Shown here piece by piece: positions 40,332-54,001 of a stretch of 64,000 nt of DNA. The notes below the pieces were generated by a model that did not search any database, had not been told where the DNA came from, and saw nothing but the letters and a program-made list of their open reading frames with translations. The DNA is from Octopus bimaculoides (taxonomy: Eukaryota). The stretch covers positions 65,941,672 through 66,005,671 of the forward strand of contig NC_068992.1 in assembly GCF_001194135.2 (NCBI RefSeq), written 5' to 3'. Every line of letters begins with the position of its first letter. The stretch's first letter is position 1. The position numbers and the translations under genes are program-made.

Positions 40332-40428
40332 CAAACATACTCACACACACTCATGTATATACGAATGCTCAAGCATATATACATAAATTACATACAAATT
40401 TCAGTGTGTGTGTAAGTATATATATGTT

Positions 40429-40931
40429 CGAGGGTAAGTCAAGAAGTAATGCCGTTTTGTTTAGGACAGGTATAATTACCAACACAAGAACATGTATCAT
40501 ACATCAAAATGAAGCTGGTCCTCTGTGGATCACATCCCTACTTCTCAACATAGTCACCGTTTCTCTCAATAGCAATGTTCTACCTTCGAATGAGAGCATG
40601 TATCCCTGCCCCGTAAAATTCTGTTGACTGTTATTTGAGCCACTTCACTACAGTTTTCACTTCCTCGTCACTGGAATAATCTAGCGCCTTCAGATTAGCA
40701 TCTCTTCGGCCCCATGAAGAGTGACGAGGAAGTGAAAGAAGAGTCATCAGAATTTTACAGGACAGGGATACATGCTCTCGTTTGAAGGTGGAGCATTGCT
40801 GTTGAGAGCAACGGTGACTATGTTGAGAAGTAGGGATGAGAACCATCTTCATTTTGATGTATGATACATGTTCCTGTGTTGGTAATTATACCTGTCCTAA
40901 ACAAATGACATTACTTTTTGACACCCACTTA
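40429..40931. mobile_element. Mariner foldback derivative built from two right ends
   Basis: About 190-nt inverted arms. Both carry the transposase C-terminus pointing outward: + strand ESSEFYRTGIHALV*RWSIAVESNGDYVEK*, - strand DYSSDEEVKTVVKWLK*QSTEFYGAGIHALIRR*NIAIERNGDYVEK*. Termini CGAGGGTAAGTCAAGAAGTAATG / CATTACTTTTTGACACCC. Confidence 0.88.
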
Positions 40932-41009
40932 CATATACATACATTATGTGTATATATATATATAGAGATATATACGTAATTTATACATTATACATGTCTG
41001 TATATATAC

Positions 41010-41050
<41 letters not shown>

Positions 41051-41184
41051 NNNNNNNNNNNNNNNNNNNNNNNNNNNNNNNNNNNNNNNNNNNNNNNNNN
41101 NNNNNNNNNNNNNNNNNNNNNNNNNNNNNNNNNNNNNNNNNNNNNNNNNNNNNNGAAATATATGCATATACATATATGTCCATA

Positions 41185-41240
<56 letters not shown>

Positions 41241-42066
41241 AGAGAGAGAGAGGGGGGGCATACATGTATACATACACGACAGATATATGTATATCTATGC
41301 GTATATATATATGTGTGTGTGTGTCTGCGCGTGTGTAACTGTGTGTGTCTGTTTTTGTATATAATTTCATCAATATCGACAGACACGATGATTGTTACAA
41401 CTTATTTTATTAGTCATTTGCATTTAATCCATCAGACGTGGTGGAAGATATGAATACACCCTATATATACATATATACATATGTGTATATATATATATAT
41501 GACCGACGTGTACATATTATTCTCTATACACCCATACACTTGCTCTGCACGTTTCATCTTTAGTTATTAACAACTGCACCGGTTTATCCACACTGACTGC
41601 CTCTATTTGCAGGGTTATCTGCCCTGTTATCATCTCCATTTACCTTGCCTCTTCAAAACCAGTTATATTCTTACATTGCTCCCTATATGCATATACATAC
41701 ATTCATGTACATGTTTATATACGTATATATATATGTACATATATATACACACTGCAGCTGCTCACACACACACACACACACACAAATATACATGTATATA
41801 TGAATATATTTATCATGTATATTTACATGTATATAATATATACTAATATACACACATATATATATATATGTATATGGATATATAAATGTATATATATATA
41901 AACAGTTATCAATACTATTCTTGTTAATGAACAAGAATATGTATGTATATAGATATATACATACATATATATATATATATATACTAACATATATATCATA
42001 CAAACATTTGCTCTTATACATATATGTTTGTGTGTGTATATATATGTATGCATATACATACATACT

Positions 42067-42113
<47 letters not shown>

Positions 42114-42294
42114 GCATACATATTTACTATTCATTAACAAGAATAGTATTGATAGCTGACTTCGAAGTCACTGTCAATACTATTCTTGCTAAAAGAATAT
42201 GCTTATACTCTACCAAATGGATTGAGTAATCCTCCCCAATTTAATGTATGATTGTTTTTATTTAAACATAAAAGCAAACACTAATATCATATAT

Positions 42295-42329
<35 letters not shown>

Positions 42330-42696
42330 CACTCATTTTATACATATATGCATACACATATACTTACACATACATACATGCAGACAGACATACACACACA
42401 GCTCTATACATACACTGACAGCCTTCAACTGTATTAAGACTCATCAAGTATTCCTTCTTCGTTTAAAATTAAATATTACTATTCCAGTTAAAGTCTGTTT
42501 TGTTATTGTTAATTATTCACATTATTGTTGTTCTTCTTATTGTTGTTGTTATTGTCATTGTTCTGATTTTAGAGCGAAAGGACGCTTCTTGCTACGGTTC
42601 TGGAAAAGGAACTGTCTTACAGAGGGAGGAATTTGGAATGCCTCACTAACAGAACCAATATCTTGGACTCGGCAGAATTATCTGGGATTTTTTTAA

Positions 42697-42905
42697 TCTC
42701 TTATCTTTTATTCGTTTCAGTCATTAGACCACGGCCATGCTGGGGTACCCGCTTGAAGAAGTTTTAGTCGAATGAATCGACCTCCATATATTTTTTTAAG
42801 CCTGGTACTTATCCTATATTTAGCGGATGTAATCAAACCAACACCGGCTGTCAAGTGGTGAGGGAGGGACAAATGCAAACATTAACACACACACACACAC
42901 ACATA
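42697..42905 (-). mobile_element. SINE family A, 3' module
   Basis: TTTCAGTCATTAGACCACGGCCATGCTGGGG...AAGCCTGGTACTTAT...CCAACACCGGCTGTCAAG is the reverse complement of the 3' module and runs into (CA)n. Confidence 0.8.
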
Positions 42906-43149
42906 CATATATATCGATATATCCAAATTGAAGAAGAGGAACAGGTAAAATCTAGACAACATATGTTTCCTTGCCAGCAAATCCTCTGATGTAATCATTA
43001 CACAATGAGGGGTACTAAGCTAGCTGCTCATCAGGCCGAACATATCTTCATTCTATGAAGGTTACATTGTCGTTTGGTGTGAGTAGCTAACTGACTATGC
43101 CTTGATGAGTAATTATTAAATCAGAGCATCATTTACATTATTTACATTT

Positions 43150-43810
43150 GACAGATATTTGTCCTCATCTTTTTTGTTGTTAACAACGTTTCAGCTGATA
43201 TACCCTCCAGCCTTCAGGTGTCTTTGGGAAATTTCGAACCTGGATTCTTATTCATAAGGTATTTATTGTAAATAATGTAAATAACGTATATGATTCCTCA
43301 TCTCATAAATACAGAACTGTATTAAATCAGAGCGTCTGTTATCTAGGAGATATATGTAGCCTAGATTTTACCTTTTCCACTTCCTCGGTTTGAATTTTTA
43401 TTCGCATTCATAGCAACTTTAGTTGCTAGCTTTCAGCAATACAGAAATCTCCAGTTTATCGAATTTCCTCGTAACTTCGATATGGGAAAAAGTGTGTAAC
43501 CTTCGACACCAATAAATTGTCATTGTTCCTGAACGTACACTGTCACTTTTCGTTTTCTATGCCTACCACAGACCGTGTCCTAAGCTCGTTAAGTGGGGTT
43601 CTCTGCTACCATACAGACTACAGACCATGGAAATTTATATAACCCACCCGGAACTGCAATATTTTAGGTTGCGAAAACTTGGAAAGAACCATCTGTCTTG
43701 TCTGACGTGTAAGAAATGCGATGATTTACCACATTACTCAAAGTTTCATGGACACATACGATGCTTCCCTTTCAACGTTTTGAATGCGTCTTTATTTCGT
43801 TTCTTCACCC
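43150..43810 (-). mobile_element. Degenerate Penelope-like element 3' fragment with pLTR-like end
   Basis: Minus-strand remnants PGGLYKFPWS and VTRKFDKLEI resemble a decayed GIY-YIG region. The terminal segment GGTTCGAAATTTCCCAAAGACACCTGAAGGCTGGAGGGTATATCAGCTGAAACGTTG contains a hammerhead-like core, typical of Penelope pLTRs. Confidence 0.5.
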
Positions 43811-43875
43811 ATATGTGTGTGTTTGTGTGTGTGTGCTTGCATTATGTATGCATATATACTTATATATATATATAC

Positions 43876-43930
<55 letters not shown>

Positions 43931-44105
43931 AGTATATATATTGGTGAGTGTGAATATATATATTATCTTTGATAAAGGATGGGCAAAGCTTCGTTCTCGT
44001 TCTCGTTACCGTAAACTAAACAACTCACACAATGGACAAACGTGATTTCAGTCATGGACATCTTCATGTAGTTTTCTTTATTCCCGCTTTGATTTTGTTC
44101 TTCAT

Positions 44106-44146
44106 GTTGCTACTGCTGCTGCTGCTGCTGCTGCTGTTGCTGTTGC

Positions 44147-44189
<43 letters not shown>

Positions 44190-44203
44190 ACTGCTGCTGT
44201 TAC
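44106..44203 (+). repeat. (CTG)n/(TTG)n compound trinucleotide
   Basis: Read directly; the source of the spurious poly-Leu ORF 44032-44376. Confidence 0.9.
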
Positions 44204-44909
44204 TGTTCGCTCCGTATCTTTATGTATGGAAAGCTTTCAATACTTTCTGCATATCTTTTGTGATCTTCTGTGCTTCCATCATTTCTAGCTACAGAAAACG
44301 GTACAACATGCATATGGATGTCGGACACGAACCGAAAGCATATGCAGAATGGTTTGCAAGTTTAATCGATCAGTGAAAGAAAAAGAAAACGAACACACAC
44401 CACAAAGAAAACAATAATAACAATAACAACAACAACAACAATAATAATAATAATAATGATAATAATAATAATAATAATAATAATAAGGAAATAGGTGAGA
44501 GACTTACATCAATAGAGAGATATTTAGTTTTATATGGAAATAAAGATATAAGACGTGAAAAGAAGTATTTTTTGAAGAAAAGAGACGAGTTAAAACATCT
44601 TAAAAAGAAAATCTGGAAACAAAGGTAGCACCACTTATTTGCTGGGAATNNNNNNNNNNNNNNNNNNNNNNNNNNNNNNNNNNNNNNNNNNNNNNNNNNN
44701 NNNNNNNNNNNNNNNNNNNNNNNNNNNNNNNNNNNNNNNNNNNNNNNNNNNNNNNNNNNNNNNNNNNNNNNNNNNNNNNNNNNNNNNNNNNNNNNNNNNN
44801 NNNNNNNNNNNNNNNNNNNNNNNNNNNNNNNNNNNNNNNNNNNNNNNNNNNNNNNNNNNNNNNNNNNNNNNNNNNNNNNNNNNNNNNNNNNNNNATATAT
44901 ATATATATA

Positions 44910-45078
44910 GGCGAGGTGGCAGAAATGTTGGCACGCCAGGCGGAATGCTTAGCGGTATTTCGTATGTCTTCACGTTGTGAGTTCGATTTCCGCCGCGGTC
45001 GACTTTGCCTTTCGTCCTTTCGAGATCGATAGATTAAGAACCCCAACAATTTCGGGCCTTGTGCCAAAAGTAGAAGAG
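44910..45078 (+). mobile_element. tRNA-derived SINE family D
   Basis: GGCGAGGTGGCAGAAATG (A-box-like)...GAGTTCGATTTCCGCC (B box) GCGGTCGACTTTGCCTTTCGTCCTTTCGAGATCGATAGATTAAG...GGCCTTGTGCCAAAAGTAGAA. Confidence 0.8.
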
Positions 45079-45626
45079 TATATATATATATAAACACACA
45101 ACTAGATATCTCTGTACATCAAGACAAACATCTGAACATGCCCATATATATAGAGAGAGAGAGAGACACGCACTTATATACACATGCATGTATATTTGTG
45201 TTAGTATGGTTATATCCGTTTGTGTGTGTGGGTGGAGAGTGAGAAAAAGAGAGAGCGAGAGATACTGAAGATTCATCCCATTGCCACTCCATGTTTTTCG
45301 AGTCATCTATGTTTTTATGTGCACACACTCACAGATACGTACTTATGTGCGTGTGTGTATAACTATGTGTACATAAGACGTCTGCAAAATTGCAGTGAGA
45401 CGGAAAAAGTAAACCGGACCTAGTCGGGATTCGATCTTCGTATCTATCGTTTACCGGGTGGTCGTGGTACCTTTCAAACCAAATGGAGTCTCAACAAATT
45501 TTGCAGTCGAAATCACAAATATAAATGACGCATTTTACTTCGAAAATCTAAGAAAAGCTAAGCACGTCTGTCTCATATATACATGCATACATATATTTAC
45601 GTATACATACGTACACTCATATATAC

Positions 45627-45696
<70 letters not shown>

Positions 45697-46492
45697 NNNN
45701 NNNNNNNNNNNNNNNNNNNNNNNNNNNNNNNNNNNNNNNNNNNNNNNNNNNNNNNNNNNNNNNNNNNNNNNNNNNNNNNNNNNNNNNNNNNNNNNNNNNN
45801 NNNNNNNNNNNNNNNNNNNNNNNNNNNNNNNNNNNNNNNNNNNNNNNNNNNNNNNNNNNNNNNNNNNNNNNNNNNNNNNNNNNNNNNNNNNNNNNNNNNN
45901 NNNNNNNNNNNNNNNNNNNNNNNNNNNNNNNNNNNNNNNNNNNNNNNNNNNNNNNNNNNNNNNNNNNNNNNNNNNNNNNNNNNNNNNNNNNNNNNNNNNN
46001 NNNNNNNNNNNNNNNNNNNNNNNNNNNNNNNNNNNNNNNNNNNNNNNNNNNNNNNNNNNNNNNNNNNNNNNNNNNNNNNNNNNNNNNNNNNNNNNNNNNN
46101 NNNNNNNNNNNNNNNNNNNNNNNNNNNNNNNNNNNNNNNNNNNNNNNNNNNNNNNNNNNNNNNNNNNNNNNNNNNNNNNNNNNNNNNNNNNNNNNNNNNN
46201 NNNNNNNNNNNNNNNNNNNNNNNNNNNNNNNNNNNNNNNNNNNNNNNNNNNNNNNNNNNNNNNNNNNNNNNNNNNNNNNNNNNNNNNNNNNNNNNNNNNN
46301 NNNNNNNNNNNNNNNNNNNNNNNNNNNNNNNNNNNNNNNNNNNNNNNNNNNNNNNNNNNNNNNNNNNNNNNNNNNNNNNNNNNNNNNNNNNNNNNNNNNN
46401 NNNNNNNNNNNNNNNNNNNNNNNNNNNNNNNNNNNNNNNNNNNNNNNNNNNNNNNNNNNNNNNNNNNNNNNNNNNNNNNNNNNNNNNNNNNN

Positions 46493-46558
<66 letters not shown>

Positions 46559-47134
46559 TGTGTATGTGTGTATGCAAATGTAAATGGAAAGTTTTCACCA
46601 TTGCAGATTCACATTTATCGCGGGCTTTCTTTTATCGCTCATCTGTGTAAAATATTCTTCAAATAAATGTCTCGCTCGCATCGAACAGTTACGTCATAAA
46701 TATTGCTTCATATTCTGTGTGTTCAATAAAATTTAATCAACAGATCCTATAAAAACTATGAATTTATTGGCTGACAGTTCGATGCCAAAGAAACTCTGCA
46801 GGATTAAACTTCTTTTGAAGTTGATTCTTCACTACCATTTTACGTTTATTCGGGAACTGACGACTCTGTAAGGGATGGAGGTAATGATGGTGGTGGTGGT
46901 GGTGGTGGGGAGTAGAATGTTGCAACAGGAAAGACATTTGGAGATCGATAGATGAAAAATATAGATAAATATTATAGGAAAACTTGCTATAGTGTGGGGA
47001 ATAGATATGTCTTTTGAATCTCGAACACAAACACTCACGCTATATAGATCTACGTGTGAATGTGTGAGTGTGCGAGATTGAATATATATAATGTGTGTGT
47101 GTGTATTTATGTATGTATATGTATGTATATGAAT

Positions 47135-47170
<36 letters not shown>

Positions 47171-47610
47171 ACACACACACACACACATATNNNNNNNNNN
47201 NNNNNNNNNNNNNNNNNNNNNNNNNNNNNNNNNNNNNNNNNNNNNNNNNNNNNNNNNNNNNNNNNNNNNNNNNNNNNNNNNNNNNNNNNNNNNNNNNNNN
47301 NNNNNNNNNNNNNNNNNNNNNNNNNNNNNNNNNNNNNNNNNNNNNNNNNNNNNNNNNNNNNNNNNNNNNNNNNNNNNNNNNNNNNNNNNNNNNNNNNNNN
47401 NNNNNNNNNNNNNNNNNNNNNNNNNNNNNNNNNNNNNNNNNNNNNNNNNNNNNNNNNNNNNNNNNNNNNNNNNNNNNNNNNNNNNNNNNNNNNNNNNNNN
47501 NNTATATATATATATATATATATATGTATGGTCATCCGTCGTGAAAAGAAACTTGGTCGTTGTTACCTTGAATATATCTTGTAAGACACATGTATGTATG
47601 TACGTATGAA

Positions 47611-47932
47611 GGTACGTGGCTTAGTGGTTAAGGTATTGGGCTCTCGATCGTATGGTCACGAGTTCGATTCCCGGCGGTGTGTTTTGTCCTTGGGCAAGAC
47701 ACTTTATTTCACGTTGCTCCAGTTCACTCAGCTGGCAAAAATAAGTAGTACCTGCATTTCAAGGGGCCAATCTTATCATACTCTGTCTCATGCTGAATCT
47801 CCCTTAGAAGTATGTGAAGGGGTACGCGTGTCTGTGGAGTACTCAGCCACTTGCACTCTAATCTCGCGAGCAAGCTGTTCCATTGATCGGATCAACTGGA
47901 ACCCCCGTCGTCGTACGCGACGGAGTTCCAGA
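47611..47932 (+). mobile_element. tRNA-derived SINE family B, full length
   Basis: GTGGCTTAGTGGTTAAGG (A box), GAGTTCGATTCCC (B box), TGTCCTTGGGCAAGACACTTTATTTCACGTTGCTCCAGTTCACTCAGCTGG core and the shared body; flanked by (TATG)n. Confidence 0.85.
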
Positions 47933-48675
47933 TTATCGTTATGTATGTATGCATGTATGCATACTTGTATGTGTGTATGTATGTATGTACGTGTGTATGT
48001 GTGTGTACGTATGTGTGTGCATGAGTCAATATGTACGCATGTTTGAACGTAATCATGTACGTATGTATGTATACAGCATGTATACACGCATGCATGTGTG
48101 ACTGAATAAAAGTATGAATGTATACGTGTGCGTATGAGTTTCTGGAATACTGTATCTGAGAGAGAGAGAAAGGGGAGAAGGAGAGAGAGAGAAATGGGAG
48201 AAGGAGAGAGAGAGAAAGGGGAGAAGGAGAGAGAGAGGGGGAGAAAGAGAAGAGGAAGACATATTCCTCGTGATAGACACCGAAGAACAGACTGACAGAC
48301 AAACAGAACATCTCGAAATTACCTCCACCCTCATATTTCCAACCCATCACAAACGCAATTTCAGACCCTAATGTCACACTATTCTTAGTCACACATGTAG
48401 AAGGAATACGCAATATTCTACACATAACACTTCTGTGCGCAGCAAAATACAGATGTTTATATGTGCTTTTAATTCAGGACACGAAATGATGGTGTATAGA
48501 AAAAACACGGTATTGGCTGCTTATTTCTCTTGAGATTGGTCAAAGGGATGAAGACATCTCTGATGAGAATCCAATAAGGTTCCAATATCGATTAAAGATG
48601 TCCATCATCTTTTCAATCTATGATGAAATAGTTACATTTGGCCTGTTAATATATCTTCTACAGAGGTTATATATA

Positions 48676-48791
<116 letters not shown>

Positions 48792-48891
48792 AGAAAGAGA
48801 GAGAGACAGACAGACAGACAGGCAGACAGACAGACAGACATGCAGGCAGGCAGATGGGCAGACGGACCGACAGACCGACAGACAGACAGAC

Positions 48892-48927
<36 letters not shown>

Positions 48928-50555
48928 GCATCTGCGCGTGTTTTGGCCATATATTTCTGTGCGAAGACGACCAATAGAGTTGAACGGAAATATTTAATGA
49001 GAGAGAAATATAGAAACACACCGAAGTTTCTGGAAAGAGATCGAATGAACAAAAAAACGAAGAATCAAATAGAGAGAAGAAATGGGTAAGAAAGGCGATT
49101 AAGAGCAAAAAAACTTGGGGGCGAAGAAAGTAAAGCACAACGTGTGTCTAATGGACATAATTGAGTGGAAGTCAGTAATTAGCTCTCCGTGGAGAGTTTG
49201 TGGAACAAATTGAAAGTAATAGTTTGCCAATTTGGTTGCTGATAGAATCTGACTTGTTCTTCAGCACAGAATTTCATTCTATTTCGTGTAGGGGGAGGTA
49301 TCTGTGTATGAATACAGTTAATAAAAGATTTTGTAAACTTACTGGCCACACAAATTGTTGATAACTTTGTGTCTGAGACGGAAAATTGTTTGGTCAGTGA
49401 GGGTTCAGAAAATACCATTGTTACATAAGTCTGGATCTAATTTAAATCAATCTTGTGAGATGGAGTAAATTTCAAGGTGAGGCAGAAGTATTTCATCGCT
49501 TGATTGGGAGAAAGAAACAAACAAACAAAATGGAAGGAAGCACTTCCTACATGATGTTGCTATATTTTAATGCGGAGAGACGTCGAGAGAAGTTCCAGAT
49601 ACAACAGTGACGTCACGATAATCGACCTTTGAAGTCTGAAGGGAAATATTATAATGTTGGAGTATGATGATATTGTACTAAAACCGGAGAAAGAGGGTCG
49701 GTGTAACACAATCGAGGTGACTCATTGATATATCCCTACTCTTATGGTATTTATAAGCCGCTGGACCCATGGATATGCACCGCAGTAGGCAACTTCGACA
49801 AAATTCTTATTACATTTTGTATTTAAAGAACAATTCCTCCTGCTGTGAAATAGACCGCACTGGAAGCATTATTTCCACGCAGAGCAACGTGGAGCACGAG
49901 AATACTTTCTGGTCTGTTCATGGATGTACGAGAAATTCTTGTAGCAGTTTTATTTGTTTTGTTTTGTTTTGTGGAAAATCGTTCGTAATGAAGTTTCACT
50001 GTAGCTTGATCAATTTCTGTTCGAACATCATCCCTGTCATTAATGGCTGTTTATGATCGGAGTGAATCAAATGAAAAGCAACAATTGACCTGCTTTATTA
50101 AACAAGAATGCAATAATTTAATAATAATATACAAATGATTTTCTTATATAAACAAATATATACACTCACTTAAACACACTTTATATATGATTGAAAAGTA
50201 AACACGGATATATGGTACAGACAATGATATCGCCATTGTGGCTTTTTGCACCCTCCGCAGTCGGTGTTCATAGTGCAATCGGTTTTTGATCCATAACGGT
50301 TTTTCAGAGACAAACTTCATTACATTGTTATTAAATGCATTTGCTCTGTGTCAACATAATGTAATAAAGTGTTCCGATGGAGAACCATTGTGGATCTGCA
50401 TCAAAATTCAGAATGAATAACCACTGAAGAGGATGCAAGTACCTACAATGGCGAAACGTTTGTAGGAAATAAATGATATAAAATGCAACCTCTGTTTATC
50501 ATATTTTTTTCCTGCACGAGGTGCATTCAAAAGTTTTTTTCTCGCCAGACTAATA

Positions 50556-50989
50556 CCAAGGTGCGGTTCAAAAGTATTTTTCCCACTATGTGGTCAAAAT
50601 CCTTTGGATGAGAGGTGATGTCACCCTTCCTGCACATGCGTGAACGTTTTCGTGCCAATAAGGCGCGTCGATTCCCGGCTGTCACGCCGAGAGTACAGAC
50701 TGCATCGCGTTTTGTCAAAAGTTTGGTGATACTCAAGCTCAAACTATACAGAAGATTCAGCATGGCGAGGCACACCTAAGGCAGGCCATCCACAAGCTGA
50801 AACGAGGAGCCGATTGAGAAAACTCAGCGAATAGTCATAGAAGATCGCCATGTAACAATACAACCCAGGGAATTACTCACGAAGAACGAATAAGGACACG
50901 ATCACTGCATTCCACTTTAAGGGAGGATTTGTGCATACGGAAAGTGTCGGCAAAAGAATGAGTGAAAAATACTTTTTGAACGCACCTGG
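50556..50989 (+). mobile_element. Mariner deletion derivative retaining transposase N-terminal fragments
   Basis: TIRs CCAAGGTGCGGTTCAAAAGTATTTTTC / GAAAAATACTTTTTGAACGCACCTGG. Internal frames read CQKFGDTQAQTIQKIQ, RPSTS*NEEPIEKTQRIVIEDRHVTI and HSTLREDLCIRKVSAK (HTH region up to the WVP linker). Confidence 0.85.
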
Positions 50990-51092
50990 TTAATATGGCC
51001 AAATCATACCGAAGTTTATATCTGTATGCATATGTGTATATGGGAGTATATATACGCACACGCGCATACACACACACATACATATACACACA

Positions 51093-51141
<49 letters not shown>

Positions 51142-51488
51142 ATGTGAGACTAGAAAAACAGCCAACAACTGATGAAGGCTCGTTCTTTATGCTGTTTGTT
51201 TTGTTTTCCATTTGTGTCTTTTGTTCTTCGAAAGAATAGTTCATATTTCATGTACTCGTGTTTCGTACTTTTTTGTTGCACACGTTTCCTGACGTCCTGT
51301 GCCAACGTATGCATATATATATATATACGTATACATGTAAGTATGTACACATACGTATGCATATATGCATATAGATATATATATGTATATATAAATATTA
51401 TTCATATTATATATATATATTCATATATATATGCACATATATACTTACACACACCATATATATATATATATATATATAGATATAAATT

Positions 51489-51562
<74 letters not shown>

Positions 51563-51803
51563 ATGTAAATGTACACATTTATATGTATTTATGTGTGTGT
51601 GTGTTTGTTTACCATCTCGTTAGACTTCGTAGAATTATTCAAATGGCTTTCTAGATTCCATGCAAATGGCTAAAACATCTAACATTCAATTAGAGACATT
51701 TTTCGAAAATATATATTTTATTGGCCGTTCTCCATCTTCCATTTGTTGTGCTTCTTTTCTTTTTCCATTATTTCTTTCAGAAGGTAATTCCTTCCCTCCA
51801 CTG

Positions 51804-51871
<68 letters not shown>

Positions 51872-52117
51872 TCCTTCAGCATCATTATGGTATCCTACAG
51901 CAAACCCTGTGTTGCATTTCTCTACATAGAATCAGGAAATACAATAAATAAAGCCAGAGATATGAAATAATGGCAAAAACTTGCTGTTAGGCGATGCTAA
52001 AACCTAGAATTGTGTTGTTGTAAAGAATATTAATGCAGAGTTCTGAAGCAATTTTCCAATTGCAGCTTGCCAATACACGTCGCTATAAAATATACCTGGA
52101 ACATTCTTTTGCACTCA

Positions 52118-52167
<50 letters not shown>

Positions 52168-52443
52168 CCTCTCTCCCTCTTCCTTTCTCTCTCTCTTCCT
52201 CTCTTCCCCTCTCTCCCTCTCTGTCTCTTCTTCAAACCCTCACTGCCCCTCCCTCTCTTCCTCACTTCCTCTCTCTCTGCTTCTCATTTTCTATTCTAGT
52301 CTCTCTTACTCCATTTCTCTCTATCCAATGTTCTCTCTCTCTGTTATGATATCCGTGTTAGCATTCGTACTTACTTGTGTGTGTTAATGTGCATTAATGC
52401 ACAGACACACACACGCAGACACACACACACACACACATACACA

Positions 52444-52491
<48 letters not shown>

Positions 52492-52501
52492 NNNNNNNNN
52501 N

Positions 52502-52572
<71 letters not shown>

Positions 52573-53545
52573 ATATACACCCTTCTTTGTGCCTGTCACA
52601 GCAATCACTTCCTATCATTCCGCTCCGTTTCCCTCTAATGGTGTCAAAGAATCCTTCGCCATAATTCTTCTCCATTTTACTTCAATCTCATAAGGAATCG
52701 ATCAAGCTTCATCACCAAAAATGTCCATTACTAAGGAAATTGGCTTGTTACCTATCCATACCGATTTCCTTAGCTAACAGCTCACCGTCTCACCTCACTT
52801 TAAAATACAATCGTATCGCCATCCATCCCAACACTAAAAATACAACATTACACCGCACCGCACCACAAAACCTACCTCTATTAACCATTATTCTTTATTA
52901 ACTCCACCTTATCATGCCTCCTTACTTCACCCGACACCCACCGAGGCCATCCAATGAATATCTCTCTCTATATTTTTACCGTTCGCTTTCGTTAATAATC
53001 TTTGATTTATTACACAACGGTTAAGGAATCAATCACACTCTATGGTACATCACTCTTTCATGCTTTCTTACTTTCTACGAACTCTCACCAATTCTGCTTT
53101 GGATTTCAAATGGAAATTCCTTTTGATAAATGCGCTCAGTGGATTTCCAAATTAGACCTATTATACAATCGTATATACGCGTGTGAGTATGTGTGTGTGC
53201 GTGTGTGCGCGTGTGTGTGTGTGCGTGTGTGTATGTGTGTGTGTGTGTGTGTGTCTGTGTACGTGTATGTGCTCGATACACGAGGTACAGGGTACACCAT
53301 AATCAGTCGTACACTGATTACTTTCACTTAAAATGGAAAAAAAAAGAATGGTCGCTCTCTCTCTCTCGTTCAATCTCTCTTTCTCTCTCGGTATCTTTCT
53401 ATCTTTGCATCGAGCTAACTTTTTCTGTCTCTTCATTCATCCCTGTCTTCTTATATAAAACACACATGTGTGTGCGTATGTGTGTGTGTATGTGTGTGTG
53501 TTTGTGTGTGTATGTAGAGAGAGAGAGACTTTGTGGATGTGACTG

Positions 53546-53577
<32 letters not shown>

Positions 53578-53785
53578 NNNNNNNNNNNNNNNNNNNNNNN
53601 NNNNNNNNNNNNNNNNNNNNNNNNNNNNNNNNNNNNNNNNNNNNNNNNNNNNNNNNNNNNNNNNNNNNNNNNNNNNNNNNNNNNNNNNNNNNNNNNNNNN
53701 NNNNNNNNNNNNNNNNNNNNNNNNNNNNNNNNNNNNNNNNNNNNNNNNNNNNNNNNNNNNNNNNNNNNNNNNNNNNNNNNNNNNN

Positions 53786-53819
<34 letters not shown>

Positions 53820-53964
53820 CGTACATACTCATTTACGTTTATATGACACTATATATCGATGTGTGTGTGTGTATGTGTGTAATTATATTTAGAGAGCACG
53901 TTCCACTATCCTCGGAGTAAATGATCATTTTTGTTTCCCCACCTTTTCTCTGCTTCGCACCTTT

Positions 53965-54001
<37 letters not shown>

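Noticed and set aside
51169-51200. CTGATGAAGG as a hammerhead core (also CTGATGAG at about 48560)
   Set aside because: There is no GAAA box at a compatible distance.
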